Virus genome (UHGV): UHGV-1485618
Direction: 5' to 3' (one strand)
Source of the DNA: a virus
Length of the DNA stretch: 26,401 nucleotides
Of this stretch, positions 1 through 9,514 are shown one piece after another; position 1 is the first letter of the stretch; each line of letters begins with the position of its first letter. The notes beneath the pieces are model-generated. The model did no database searches. It was not told the DNA's origin and saw nothing but the letters and a program-made list of their open reading frames with translations. Both the position numbers and the translations under genes were made by a program.

Positions 1-199
1 CAGAAGCAGAAAAAGCTTATTATGCTTCCATCGGAAACGATGATCTGGCAGCCTGAGTTCACAGATAAAACACTCTCCAGGAAACCCGGGGCGGTTCAGC
101 GCACTATTGCTGCCATAGCCTTAGCAGCGAAGTAATCACGTAATGTCGCATCACTTGCCATTTCTGGGCGTTTGATATCTGCTTCATAAAACTCGCACA

Positions 200-493
200 T
201 CATTCACCTCCCAGAGCCTTGCTGATTGCTGCAAGACCTTTATTAACAGCTCCATACCATTCTGGACATGTTGTCGTTGTTCTATTTTTGGATTGCTTAA
301 GTAATAACTGAAGTGCTTCGAGAAGGTCAGGAGCTGCTGCTATCAGTAGCGCATCCTCCCTTTCATTTCTTGTTGCTGCTTCAATGTATGTGTCACCAAT
401 CGTCACACCATGGAACGTAGTCATCATCTCGTTGACGTTTCTAACCGTGTACTTCCATTTACCAGGCGTACCCTTAAACTCTTTCATATTCAC
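200..493 (-). CDS. Early-left hypothetical protein, 97 aa; possibly Ead/Ea22-like (AAAPDLLEAL motif)
   Basis: ORF downstream of N in the pL operon. The family guess rests only on a remembered motif. Confidence 0.55.
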   Translation of the reverse strand: MNMKEFKGTPGKWKYTVRNVNEMMTTFHGVTIGDTYIEAATRNEREDALLIAAAPDLLEALQLLLKQSKNRTTTTCPEWYGAVNKGLAAISKALGGE

Positions 494-543
494 CTCTGTT
501 GTTTATGCCAAAAATAAAGGCCGACTATGCGGCATAATTATTT

Positions 544-732
544 TTAACTATCATCAATACATGGCACTTTATTCCAGTCGATATCGTTTTTATTGTCGTC
601 CCACATGTCTTTGTTTTTGTATTTCTCGCTACATCCTAGGCAAATGTTGTATGGCCTACCGATAAGGTTTAACGAAATACGTTGCATTTCATTTGATTCA
701 AACATGTATCCACAGAACTGACATTTATGCAT
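544..732 (-). CDS. Small Cys4 zinc-ribbon-like protein, 62 aa (CxxC ... CxxC), in the ral-equivalent position
   Basis: ORF immediately downstream of N; two CxxC pairs (C4/C7 and C31/C34); AT-rich DNA compared with its neighbours. Confidence 0.5.
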   Translation of the reverse strand: MHKCQFCGYMFESNEMQRISLNLIGRPYNICLGCSEKYKNKDMWDDNKNDIDWNKVPCIDDS

Positions 733-735
733 ATC

Positions 736-1068
736 TCACCCCTCATACAGTAGCTTACTGCCTAATTTCATTTTCTGGCGACCAACACAAGTCACACCCA
801 TTTCACTGCGTGGCTTGCTGTACCATGTGCGCTGATTCTTGCGCTCAATACGTTGCAGGTTGCTTTCAATCTGTTCGTGGTATTCAGCCAGCACTGTAAG
901 GTCTATCGGATTCAGTGCGCTTTCTACTCGTGATTTCGGTTTGCGATTCAGCGAGAGAATAGGGCGGTTAACTGGTTTTGCGCTTACCCCAACCAACAGG
1001 GGATTTGCTGCTTTCCATTGAGCCTGTTTCTCTGCGCGACGTTCGCGGCGGCGTGCTTGTGCATCCAT
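736..1068 (-). CDS. N: Antitermination protein N (lambda type)
   Basis: Translation from the internal Met (MDAQARRRERRAEKQAQWKAANPLLVGVSAKPVNRPILSLNRKPKSRV...) matches lambda N as I remember it. ATG on the minus strand at 1068-1066, with an AGGAG-type Shine-Dalgarno upstream. The listed ORF start at 1158 is an in-frame extension through nutL. Confidence 0.9.
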   Translation of the reverse strand: MDAQARRRERRAEKQAQWKAANPLLVGVSAKPVNRPILSLNRKPKSRVESALNPIDLTVLAEYHEQIESNLQRIERKNQRTWYSKPRSEMGVTCVGRQKMKLGSKLLYEG

Positions 1069-1178
1069 CTGGATTCTCCTGTCAGTTAGCTTTGAGTAAC
1101 GCGCCGTGATGCTTATCTCCACGGTTGCTGTCTTGCAGCTGCATTTCGCGCTACTCAAAGCTTTCTGCTTTGAATGCT

Positions 1179-1209
1179 GCCCTTCTTCAGGGCTAAATTT
1201 TTAAGAGCC
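1179..1209 (-). promoter_or_regulatory. nutL (boxA GGCTCTTAA, boxB GCCCTGAAGAAGGGC)
   Basis: Minus strand reads GGCTCTTAAAAATTTAGCCCTGAAGAAGGGC, a lambda-type nut site about 110 nt upstream of N. Confidence 0.8.
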
Positions 1210-1254
1210 TCACCTTCAATGGTGGTTAGTGCGTCCTGCTGATGGCTTAAAATT

Positions 1255-1322
1255 ACAAGAAAGATTGTATGTTGTAAACAAGGAATATTGTAAAAATGGG
1301 CGTGAAAAACAAACTCCATTGT
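1255..1322 (-). promoter_or_regulatory. OL1-OL2-OL3 operators of phage-434 type with pL
   Basis: Three 14-mers with ACAA-N6-TTGT symmetry: ACAAGAAAGATTGT (1255-1268), ACAAGGAATATTGT (1278-1291), ACAAACTCCATTGT (1309-1322). Confidence 0.85.
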
Positions 1323-1350
1323 TTTTAAACGGAAAATAGTTTGTTTTTTG
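1307..1350 (-). terminator. Possible t_imm-like terminator ending the cI-operon transcript (AT-rich hairpin plus T-run), overlapping OL3
   Basis: Inverted repeat AAACAAACT (1307-1315) / AGTTTGTTT (1338-1346) flanked by T-runs on both strands. Stem is AT-rich and the loop is long, so this is weak. Confidence 0.3.
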
Positions 1351-1372
1351 GTTGTCGAAATTGAGGTTAGGA

Positions 1373-2726
<1,354 letters not shown>

Positions 2727-2734
2727 GACATTCC

Positions 2735-2766
2735 CGCTCTTACACATCCCAGCCCTGAAAAAGGGC
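2735..2766 (+). promoter_or_regulatory. nutR (boxA CGCTCTTAC, boxB GCCCTGAAAAAGGGC)
   Basis: Lambda-type boxA at 2735-2743 and boxB hairpin at 2752-2766, between cro and cII. Confidence 0.85.
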
Positions 2767-2845
2767 ATCAAATTAAACCACACCTATGGTGTATGCATTT
2801 ATTTGCATACATTCAATCGATTGTTATCTAAGGAAATACTTACAT

Positions 2846-3139
2846 ATGGTTCGTGCAAACAAACGCAACGAGGCTCTACGAATCGAGAGTGCGTTGCTTA
2901 ACAAAATCGCAATGCTTGGAACTGAGAAGACAGCGGAAGCTGTGGGAGTTGATAAGTCGCAGATCAGCAGGTGGAAGAGGGATTGGATTCCAAAGTTCTC
3001 AATGCTGCTTGCTGTTCTTGAATGGGGTGTCGTCGACGACGACATGGCTCGATTGGCACGACAAGTTGCTTCGATTCTCACCAATAAAAAACGCCCGGCG
3101 GCAACCGAGCGTTCTGATCAAATCCAGATGGAATTCTGA
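2846..3139 (+). CDS. cII: Transcriptional activator CII (lambda type)
   Basis: Translation from the ATG at 2846 (MVRANKRNEALRIESALLNKIAMLGTEKTAEAVGVDKSQISRWKRDWIPKF...) matches lambda CII from memory; AGGAAA Shine-Dalgarno upstream. Confidence 0.95.
   Translation: MVRANKRNEALRIESALLNKIAMLGTEKTAEAVGVDKSQISRWKRDWIPKFSMLLAVLEWGVVDDDMARLARQVASILTNKKRPAATERSDQIQMEF
2855..2868 (-). promoter_or_regulatory. pRE CII-binding site (TTGC-N6-TTGC) at the 5' end of cII
   Basis: Minus strand reads TTGCGTTTGTTTGC, the expected position of the pRE -35 region. Confidence 0.6.
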
Positions 3140-3171
3140 GGTCATTACTGGATCAATCCACAGGAGTCATT

Positions 3172-3342
3172 ATGACAAAACGTCGTAAGAAATACCAGGA
3201 AAAAGAAGAGATTCGACACCCTGATTCACCTGAGGGATTAGTGGTAGCCGCAGCAAATAACAGGGCGTTCGCAGAGCGCCTTGTTGGTGTTTACAGACTA
3301 GCCAAAGCAGGAGTGAAACATGGGCGTCGTTAAGTTAGCTGA
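3172..3342 (+). CDS. Possible small basic protein, 56 aa, between cII and the replication initiator
   Basis: ATG at 3172 preceded by AGGAGT; [56 protein letters not shown] overlaps the O-like start by 23 nt. Below the 60-aa cutoff of the supplied track. Confidence 0.3.
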
Positions 3343-4150
3343 TTACAGGCCTCAACTGGAGGTCGTGGAGCATCGCGTGGCAGAACTCGAAGATGGCTAC
3401 ACTCGGACTGCAAACACACTGTTAGAAGCCGCCATGCTTTCTGGGCTTACTCTACATCAATTACTGATTGTTATGGCTGTGTGGCGCAAGACATACGGTT
3501 ACAACAAAAAAATAGATTGGATCGGAAACGAACAGTTCGCTGAACTCACTGGCATGGCACCAACCAAATGCTCTACCGCCAAAAACGAGCTTATCAGAAT
3601 GGGAGTTCTCATTCAGGTGGGGCGTCAAGTTGGTATGAATACAAACATTTCCGAGTGGAAAACGAAAGTTAACGGATTCGGTAAAACATTTACTAATTCG
3701 GTAAAACAAACCTTCACCAAATCGGTAAAAAGCAATTTACCGAATCAGTCAAACACAAAAGACAATATACAAAAGACAATAAATACAAATACCCCCTTAC
3801 CCCCTAACGGGGGCGGCGATGGGCAGGTTAAACCTGAACGTCGAAAGGCAGAACGAATCGACTACGAATCCTTCCTGAACGCCTACAACACCGAAGTCGG
3901 TGACAGACTTCCACACGCTGTTGCGGTCAACGAGAAACGAAAACGCCGCCTGAAGAAAATCATCCCGCAACTGAAAACGCCAAACGTGGACGGTTTCAGA
4001 GCGTATGTCAGGGCGTTTGTACATCAGGCCAAGCCGTTTTACTTCGGAGACAACGACACGGGCTGGACGGCTGATTTTGATTACCTGCTGAGAGAAGACT
4101 CGTTAACGGGAGTTCGGGAAGGGAAGTTTGCAGACAGGGGGATTGCATGA
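3320..4150 (+). CDS. Replication initiation protein, lambda O / P22 gp18-like
   Basis: N-terminal region resembles lambda O, iterons are embedded mid-gene, and the gene is followed directly by a DnaB-family helicase. Confidence 0.85.
   Translation: MGVVKLADYRPQLEVVEHRVAELEDGYTRTANTLLEAAMLSGLTLHQLLIVMAVWRKTYGYNKKIDWIGNEQFAELTGMAPTKCSTAKNELIRMGVLIQVGRQVGMNTNISEWKTKVNGFGKTFTNSVKQTFTKSVKSNLPNQSNTKDNIQKTINTNTPLPPNGGGDGQVKPERRKAERIDYESFLNAYNTEVGDRLPHAVAVNEKRKRRLKKIIPQLKTPNVDGFRAYVRAFVHQAKPFYFGDNDTGWTADFDYLLREDSLTGVREGKFADRGIA
3672..3795. repeat. Phage replication origin: three direct iterons (TCGGTAAAA core) plus one inverted copy, followed by an AT-rich tract
   Basis: ATTCGGTAAAACA (3676), AATTCGGTAAAACA (3696), AATCGGTAAAAAG (3720) at roughly 20-22 bp spacing; inverted TTTACCGAAT at 3737-3746; AT-rich 3747-3795. 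Mirrored in the protein as [14 protein letters not shown]. Confidence 0.7.
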
Positions 4151-5523
4151 AACAGGATATCGAAGCGAGCGTTATCGGTGGCCTGCTGATTGGTGGATTA
4201 ACACCAACTGCCAGTGACGTTCTGGCAACGCTGGAGCCGGAAGCGTTTTCAATTCCGCTCTACCGGAAAGCCTTCGAGGTTATCCGCAAGCAGGCGCGAA
4301 ACAGAAACCTAATCGACGCGCTGATGGTTGCCGAGGAGTGCGGAGAGGAGCATTTCACGTCAATCCTGATGACCAGCAAAAACTGCCCGAGTGCCGCAAA
4401 CCTGAAGGGATATGCCGGAATGGTCGCGGATAACTATCACCGCCGTCTGGTGCTGGAAATCATGGATGAAATGCGTGAACCAATTCAGAGAGGAACCATC
4501 GACGCATCGAGTCAGGCGATGGATGAACTTGTAAAGCGTCTTTCAGCCATCAGAAAGCCACGTGACGAGGTTAAACCTGTACGGTTAGGGGAAATCATCA
4601 CTGACTACACTGACACGCTTGACAGGCGTCTGAGGAACGGAGAAGAGTCCGATACCCTGAAGACCGGAATCGAAGAACTTGATGCTATCACCGGAGGGAT
4701 GAACGCGGAAGACCTGGTGATAATAGCTGCTCGTCCTGGTATGGGGAAAACCGAACTGGCGCTGAAGATTGCCGAAGGCGTTGCAAGCCGCGTTATTCCT
4801 GGTTCTGACGTCCGGCGCGGAGTATTGATTTTCTCAATGGAAATGAGCGCATTGCAGATTGCAGAGCGAAGCATTGCCAACGCCGGGAGGATGTCGGTTA
4901 GCGTACTGCGAAATCCTGCATCGATGGATGACGAAGGCTGGGCGCGTGTTGCTAACGGCATGAGTCAGCTTGCAGATTTGGATGTATGGGTAGTCGATGC
5001 CTCGCGGTTATCGGTAGAAGAAATTCGCTCAATCGCAGAGCGGCACAAACAGGAAAATCCAAACCTGTCACTCATCATGGCGGATTATCTTGGCCTGATT
5101 GAGAAGCCTAAAGCAGACCGCAACGACCTCGCAATTGCTCACATCTCAGGAAGCCTGAAGGCGATGGCGAAAGACCTGAAAACGCCTGTTATCTCCCTAA
5201 GTCAGCTTTCGCGCGATGTTGAGAAGCGACCAAACAAACGCCCGACAAACGCAGATTTGCGTGATTCAGGAAGCATTGAGCAGGACGCAGACTCAATCAT
5301 CATGCTCTATCGGGAAGCGGTATATGACGAGAACAGTAGCGCCGCGCCATTTGCTGAAATCATCGTGACGAAAAACCGTTTTGGCTCGCTTGGTACGGTT
5401 TACCAGCGGTTCTGTAACGGACACTTTGTTGCATGTGACCAGGATGAAGCCAGACAGATTTGCACAGCATCAAATGCACCTGCTGCGCGTGGCAGACGAT
5501 ATGCACAAGGGGCTGACGTATGA
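4147..5523 (+). CDS. Replicative DNA helicase, DnaB family (P22 gp12-like), 458 aa
   Basis: Walker A ([10 protein letters not shown]) and DnaB-like helicase motifs; start overlaps the O-like stop. Confidence 0.9.
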   Translation: MKQDIEASVIGGLLIGGLTPTASDVLATLEPEAFSIPLYRKAFEVIRKQARNRNLIDALMVAEECGEEHFTSILMTSKNCPSAANLKGYAGMVADNYHRRLVLEIMDEMREPIQRGTIDASSQAMDELVKRLSAIRKPRDEVKPVRLGEIITDYTDTLDRRLRNGEESDTLKTGIEELDAITGGMNAEDLVIIAARPGMGKTELALKIAEGVASRVIPGSDVRRGVLIFSMEMSALQIAERSIANAGRMSVSVLRNPASMDDEGWARVANGMSQLADLDVWVVDASRLSVEEIRSIAERHKQENPNLSLIMADYLGLIEKPKADRNDLAIAHISGSLKAMAKDLKTPVISLSQLSRDVEKRPNKRPTNADLRDSGSIEQDADSIIMLYREAVYDENSSAAPFAEIIVTKNRFGSLGTVYQRFCNGHFVACDQDEARQICTASNAPAARGRRYAQGADV

Positions 5524-5550
5524 CCGTCTACATCACTGAGATAATAACAG

Positions 5551-5579
5551 GGGCTATTTACACAGTAGCCCTTTTTTAT
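5551..5579 (+). terminator. Rho-independent terminator (tR2-like) after the helicase gene
   Basis: GGGCTA (5551-5556) / TAGCCC (5566-5571) stem followed by TTTTTTATT. Confidence 0.6.
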
Positions 5580-5604
5580 TGGATTAAGAGCGAGGGGAAT
5601 CCTG

Positions 5605-5817
5605 ATGGACACCGTTAACGGAATGTGTTCAGACGCACCGCGTGCCAAGAAATGTAAATGCGGAAAATCACCGACAATATTCGACATGGAGAACGGGTGC
5701 CAAATCTACTGCGCTAACCACGCTGCTGTGGCGGCCGCGAATTATCGCAGTGCGGTAACGGAGTGGAATAACTTGAAATCTGTTAGAGAGGGAAGTCATG
5801 AAAAAACTAACCTTTGA
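5605..5817 (+). CDS. Small Cys-rich hypothetical protein, 70 aa, at the start of the nin region
   Basis: ORF with five Cys; overlaps the NinB start by 20 nt. Confidence 0.5.
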   Translation: MDTVNGMCSDAPRAKKCKCGKSPTIFDMENGCQIYCANHAAVAAANYRSAVTEWNNLKSVREGSHEKTNL

Positions 5818-6238
5818 AATTCGATCTCCAGCACATCAGCAAAACGCTATTCACGCGGTACAGCAAATTCTTCCAGACCCAACCAAACCAATCGTAGTAA
5901 CCATTCAGGAACGCAACCGCAGCTTAGACCAGAATCGGAAGCTTTGGGCTTGCCTTGGTGACGTCTCTCGTCAGGTTGAATGGCATGGTCGCTGGCTGGA
6001 TGCAGAAAGCTGGAAGTGTGTGTTTACCGCAGCATTAAAGCAGCAGGACGTTGTTCCTAACCTTGCCGGGAATGGCTTTGTGGTAATAGGCCAGTCAACC
6101 AGCAGGATGCGTGTAGGCGAATTTGCGGAGCTATTAGAGCTTATACAGGCATTCGGTACAGAGCGTGGCGTTAAGTGGTCAGACGAAGCGAGACTGGCTC
6201 TGGAGTGGAAAGCGAGATGGGGAGATCGGGCTGCATGA
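5798..6238 (+). CDS. ninB: NinB (Orf) recombination mediator
   Basis: Translation MKKLTFEIRSPAHQQNAIHAVQQILPDPTKPIVVTIQERNRSLDQNRKLWACLGD... matches lambda NinB from memory. Confidence 0.9.
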   Translation: MKKLTFEIRSPAHQQNAIHAVQQILPDPTKPIVVTIQERNRSLDQNRKLWACLGDVSRQVEWHGRWLDAESWKCVFTAALKQQDVVPNLAGNGFVVIGQSTSRMRVGEFAELLELIQAFGTERGVKWSDEARLALEWKARWGDRAA

Positions 6239-6762
6239 CTATCAAATCAAATACGCCAGCACACGACAAGGACTGCTGGCAAACGCCGCTTTGGCTTTTT
6301 GATGCACTGGATATTGAGTTTGGATTCTGGCTGGATTCGGCAGCGAGCGACAAAAATGCTCTGTGTGCTCACTGGCTAACTGAGGCCGACGACGCGCTCA
6401 ATTCTGAGTGGGTAAGCCACGGTGCAATCTGGAATAACCCACCGTACAGCAATATCAGGCCGTGGGTGGAAAAAGCCGCTGAGCAGTGCATACAACAGCG
6501 ACAGACGGTAGTTATGCTTGTGCCAGAGGATATGTCAGTCGGATGGTTCAGCAAGGCTCTGGAGAGTGTCGACGAAGTTCGCATTATCACTGATGGACGG
6601 ATTAATTTTATCGAACCATCGACAGGGCTGGAGAAGAAGGGAAACAGCAAAGGCTCCATGCTGCTGATTTGGCGACCGTTCATCAGTCCTCGACGGATGT
6701 TTACTACCGTATCCAAAGCGGCATTGATGGCGATCGGGCAGGGCGTCGGGAGGGCGGCATGA
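6235..6762 (+). CDS. Phage DNA N6-adenine methyltransferase (Dam-like, NPPY motif)
   Basis: Motifs [13 protein letters not shown] and WNNPPYS; ATG at 6235 overlaps the NinB stop (ATGA). The listed ORF start at 6175 is an upstream extension. Confidence 0.85.
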   Translation: MTIKSNTPAHDKDCWQTPLWLFDALDIEFGFWLDSAASDKNALCAHWLTEADDALNSEWVSHGAIWNNPPYSNIRPWVEKAAEQCIQQRQTVVMLVPEDMSVGWFSKALESVDEVRIITDGRINFIEPSTGLEKKGNSKGSMLLIWRPFISPRRMFTTVSKAALMAIGQGVGRAA

Positions 6763-6935
6763 GACGACAGCGACGAAGTTTCACCGACATCATCTGCGAA
6801 AACTGCAAATACCTTCCAACGAAACGCTCCAGAAATAAACGCAAACCAATCCCAAAAGAATCTGACGTAAAAACCTTCAACTACACGGCTCACCTGTGGG
6901 ATATCCGGTGGCTAAGACATCGTGCGAGGAAATGA
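6759..6935 (+). CDS. ninE: NinE
   Basis: Translation from the ATG at 6759 ([58 protein letters not shown]) matches lambda NinE from memory; ATGA overlap with the methyltransferase stop. Confidence 0.85.
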   Translation: MRRQRRSFTDIICENCKYLPTKRSRNKRKPIPKESDVKTFNYTAHLWDIRWLRHRARK

Positions 6936-7339
6936 CAATGCTTTTAATTCAACCTGGATTTGGCCTTAGCATCAAAAAAGGGCACATGTTTGGCGAGAAA
7001 GAGTCTCAACGAAAAATGGTGTCGATACGGTTGCCATTTATCAGTATTTGTTGGCTAAACAGGGAGGCAACAAATTATTGGTATACATGCGCCAGAGCAG
7101 CATTTAACGACCCTGAGTGGTTTGTAGAAAACCACCACGCAGTTCGTCAGGCAAAGAGAAAGGCCAACATGACATACATGAAGGCGTATCGAAAAGCATG
7201 GAAAGAACACCGCGATCGATACCAGCAAGACATGGAAAAGCTTGAATCAGAAAACATGGAATTAAGACGAAAGCTTGGTGAAGCAAAACGAGACATTGAT
7301 GCTTACAAGCGACTTTTTAATGGTGAAAGCCATGCTTAG
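6932..7339 (+). CDS. Hypothetical nin-region protein with C-terminal coiled coil; start uncertain
   Basis: ORF between NinE and NinF, which I recall as adjacent in lambda. Possible ATGA-coupled start at 6932; an alternative internal start (MTYMKAYRK...) has an AGAAAGG Shine-Dalgarno. Confidence 0.45.
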   Translation: MTMLLIQPGFGLSIKKGHMFGEKESQRKMVSIRLPFISICWLNREATNYWYTCARAAFNDPEWFVENHHAVRQAKRKANMTYMKAYRKAWKEHRDRYQQDMEKLESENMELRRKLGEAKRDIDAYKRLFNGESHA

Positions 7340-7508
7340 CCCATCCCAATCCCTTCAATACCAGAAAGAAAGCGTCGAGCGAGCTTTAACGTGCGCTAAT
7401 TGCGGTCAAAAGCTGCATGTGCTGGAAGTTCACGTGTGTGAGCACTGCTGCGCAGAACTGATGAGCGATCCGAATAGCTCAATGTACGAGGAAGAAGACG
7501 ATGAGTGA
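7332..7508 (+). CDS. ninF: NinF
   Basis: Translation from the ATG at 7332 ([51 protein letters not shown]...) matches lambda NinF from memory. Confidence 0.8.
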   Translation: MLSPSQSLQYQKESVERALTCANCGQKLHVLEVHVCEHCCAELMSDPNSSMYEEEDDE

Positions 7509-7713
7509 TTACCTGAAATGGTATCTCTGCCACCGCTGGTTAATTAAGTTTGCTGTAAAAGACTGGATGACAGCGGATGCCAACAAGCTTAAACAACGAA
7601 AGGACTATTACTACGCCAGAATGAAGGAAAACTACTGCTCAATCCGCACTCGCATATTTATTAAAAAAGACCTTCAGTCAATTCTTCAATTGCGAGGGAA
7701 GGTAAATGGCTAA
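7501..7713 (+). CDS. Hypothetical nin-region protein, 70 aa
   Basis: ORF overlapping the NinF stop and the following gene start; no family recognised. Confidence 0.45.
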   Translation: MSDYLKWYLCHRWLIKFAVKDWMTADANKLKQRKDYYYARMKENYCSIRTRIFIKKDLQSILQLRGKVNG

Positions 7714-7996
7714 TCTACGCAAAGAAGCGCGCGGCAGAGAATGCCAGGTACGTATTTACGGCATATGCAATGGCAATCCTGAAACTACAGTTCTGGCACA
7801 TTACCGGATGGCTGGAATTTGCGGAACGGGAATGAAACCTGACGACATGATCGGCGCATGGGCTTGTAGCGCGTGTCACGATGAAATCGACCGACGCACC
7901 CATAATCTCGACAACAAAGACGCCAGACTTTACCACCTCGAAGGCGTGATCAGGACGCAGGCGATACTGCTGAAGGAGGGGAAGATTAAGTCATGA
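7706..7996 (+). CDS. ybcO: YbcO-like small putative nuclease (DUF1364 family), 96 aa
   Basis: Translation MANLRKEARGRECQVRI.GICNGNPETTVLAH...ACSACHDEIDRRTH matches E. coli DLP12 YbcO from memory; Cys/His cluster. Confidence 0.7.
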   Translation: MANLRKEARGRECQVRIYGICNGNPETTVLAHYRMAGICGTGMKPDDMIGAWACSACHDEIDRRTHNLDNKDARLYHLEGVIRTQAILLKEGKIKS

Positions 7997-8355
7997 ACGA
8001 ATATCAGTTTGTGCTTCCGTACCCGCCGTCGGTGAACACCTACTGGCGAAGACGGGAAAGCCAATACTACATCAGCGATAAAGGCCAGAAATACCGAAAA
8101 GACGTTCAGCAAATCATTCGCCAACTCAAGTTAGACATTTTCACCAAATCACGACTCCGCATCAAAGTCATCGCAGACGTTCCAGATTCCCGCCGCCGCG
8201 ACCTCGACAACATCCTGAAAGGTTTACTCGACTCCCTTATCCACGCCGGATTTGCGGAAGACGACGAGCAATTCGATGACATTCGCGTAATTCGTGGTGT
8301 GAAAGTACCAGGCGGACGGCTTGGAATAAAAATCACCGAACTGGAGAACGTATGA
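7993..8355 (+). CDS. rusA: RusA-family Holliday junction resolvase
   Basis: 120 aa with the RusA-like motif PDSRRRDLDNILKGLLDSL and family-typical length; ATGA overlap with the ybcO-like stop. Confidence 0.9.
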   Translation: MNEYQFVLPYPPSVNTYWRRRESQYYISDKGQKYRKDVQQIIRQLKLDIFTKSRLRIKVIADVPDSRRRDLDNILKGLLDSLIHAGFAEDDEQFDDIRVIRGVKVPGGRLGIKITELENV

Positions 8356-8540
8356 ACGCCACAATTCAAACGATACCAGAGCTTCTTATCCAGACACGAG
8401 GCAATCAGACCGAAGTGGCAAGGATGCTTTCCTGCGCAAGAGGAACAGTGCTCAAGTACAACCGAGACAGTAAAGGCGAGCGTCACGTAATAGTTAACGG
8501 CGTCCTGATGGTCAAACAGGGAAAAAGGGGAAGGCCATGA
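8352..8540 (+). CDS. ninH: NinH-like small DNA-binding protein
   Basis: Motif GNQTEVARMLSCARGTVLKY...HVIVNGVLMV resembles lambda NinH. Confidence 0.8.
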   Translation: MNATIQTIPELLIQTRGNQTEVARMLSCARGTVLKYNRDSKGERHVIVNGVLMVKQGKRGRP

Positions 8541-9160
8541 GACTCGAAAGCGTAGCTAAATTTCATTCGCCAAAAAGCCCGATGATGAGCGACTCACCAC
8601 GGGCCACGGCTTCTGACTCTCTTTCCGGTACTGATGTGATGGCTGCTATGGGGATGGCACAATCACAGGCCGGATTCGGGATGGCTGCATTTTGCGGTAA
8701 GCACGAACTCAGCCAGAACGACAAACAAAAGGCTATCAACTATCTGATGCAATTTGCACACAAGGTATCGGGGAAATACCGTGGTGTGGCAAAGCTCGAA
8801 GGAAATACTAAGGCAAAGGTACTGCAAGTGCTCGCAACATTCGCTTATGCGGATTATTGCCGTAGTGCCGCGACGCCGGGGGCAAGATGCAGAGATTGCC
8901 ACGGTACAGGCCGTGCGGTTGATATAGCAAAAACAGAGCTGTGGGGGAGAGTTGTTGAGAAAGAATGCGGAAGATGCAAAGGTGTCGGCTATTCAAGGAT
9001 GCCAGCAAGCGCCGCATATCGCGCTGTGACGATGCTAATCCCAAACCTTACCCAACCCACCTGGTCACGCACTGTTAAGCCGCTGTATGACGCTCTGGTG
9101 GTGCAATGCCACAAAGAAGAGTCAATCGCAGACAACATTTTGAATGCGGTCACACGTTAA
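8537..9160 (+). CDS. Q: Late-gene antiterminator Q (lambda type)
   Basis: 207-aa translation MRLESVAKFHSPKSPMMSDSPRATASDSLSGTDV... matches lambda Q from memory; followed by pR'. Confidence 0.95.
   Translation: MRLESVAKFHSPKSPMMSDSPRATASDSLSGTDVMAAMGMAQSQAGFGMAAFCGKHELSQNDKQKAINYLMQFAHKVSGKYRGVAKLEGNTKAKVLQVLATFAYADYCRSAATPGARCRDCHGTGRAVDIAKTELWGRVVEKECGRCKGVGYSRMPASAAYRAVTMLIPNLTQPTWSRTVKPLYDALVVQCHKEESIADNILNAVTR
8824..8837 (-). promoter_or_regulatory. Possible paQ CII-binding site (TTGC-N6-TTGC) antisense within Q
   Basis: Plus strand GCAAGTGCTCGCAA, i.e. TTGCGAGCACTTGC on the minus strand. Confidence 0.45.
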
Positions 9161-9202
9161 CAGCATGATTGCCACGGATGGCAACATATTAACGGCATGA
9201 TA

Positions 9203-9231
9203 TTGACTTATTGAATAAAATTGGGTAAATT
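9203..9231 (+). promoter_or_regulatory. Late promoter pR' (-35 TTGACT, 17-bp spacer, -10 TAAATT), overlapping the qut region
   Basis: TTGACT at 9203-9208 and TAAATT at 9226-9231, directly downstream of Q. Confidence 0.85.
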
Positions 9232-9238
9232 TGACTCA

Positions 9239-9431
9239 ACGATGGGTTAATTCGCTCGTTGTGGTAGTGAGATGAAAAGAGGCGGCGCTTACTACCGATT
9301 CCGCCTAGTTGGTCACTTCGACGTATCGTCTGGAACTCCAACCATCGCAGGCTGAGAGGTCTGCAAAATGCAATCCCGAAACCGTTGTGCAGGCTCTAAC
9401 TATTACCTGCGAACTGTTTCGGGATTTTTTC
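9239..9431 (+). ncRNA. 6S-type short late transcript from pR' to tR' (about 194 nt)
   Basis: The distance from the predicted start to the end of the tR' T-run matches the lambda 6S RNA length. Confidence 0.7.
9373..9430 (+). terminator. tR' terminator (long hairpin plus T6)
   Basis: ATCCCGAAAC (9373-9382) pairs with GTTTCGGGAT (9416-9425); inner GCAGG/CCTGC stem; followed by TTTTTT. Confidence 0.8.
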
Positions 9432-9434
9432 TTT

Positions 9435-9509
9435 GGGTCAGTCGTATAAAGGTCATTACGGAAGGCTGTTAACCTTCTTATCGTGGTTCGAGTCCACGCT
9501 GTCCCGCCA
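9435..9509 (+). tRNA. tRNA-like gene, predicted anticodon GUU (Asn), CCA encoded; one mismatch in the acceptor stem
   Basis: Hand-folded cloverleaf: acceptor GGGTCAG/CTGTCCC (T-T mismatch at pair 4), D-loop with GG, anticodon stem GAAGG/CCTTC with loop CTGTTAA, T-arm CGTGG-TTCGAGT-CCACG, discriminator G, CCA. Confidence 0.5.
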
Positions 9510-9514
9510 AACAT

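Noticed and set aside
96-200. 34-aa minus-strand ORF overlapping the stop of the 97-aa gene (TGATG)
   Set aside because: Too short to support from sequence alone and close to the window edge; kept as a note only.
1069-1158. N-terminal extension of the listed ORF 736-1158
   Set aside because: The in-frame run passes through nutL and lacks a ribosome-binding site; the internal ATG at 1068 gives the recognisable N protein.
2853-3188. 111-aa plus-strand ORF in an alternative frame over cII
   Set aside because: cII in the other frame is recognisable; this frame is an Arg/Ser-rich artefact.
3672-3746. Short direct repeats that might be mistaken for a CRISPR-like array
   Set aside because: Only three or four ~13-bp copies at ~20-bp spacing inside the O-like gene followed by an AT-rich tract: this is an iteron-type replication origin, not a CRISPR array.
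6369-6893. 174-aa minus-strand ORF in the nin region
   Set aside because: Opposes a chain of translationally coupled plus-strand genes (methyltransferase, NinE) that are well supported.
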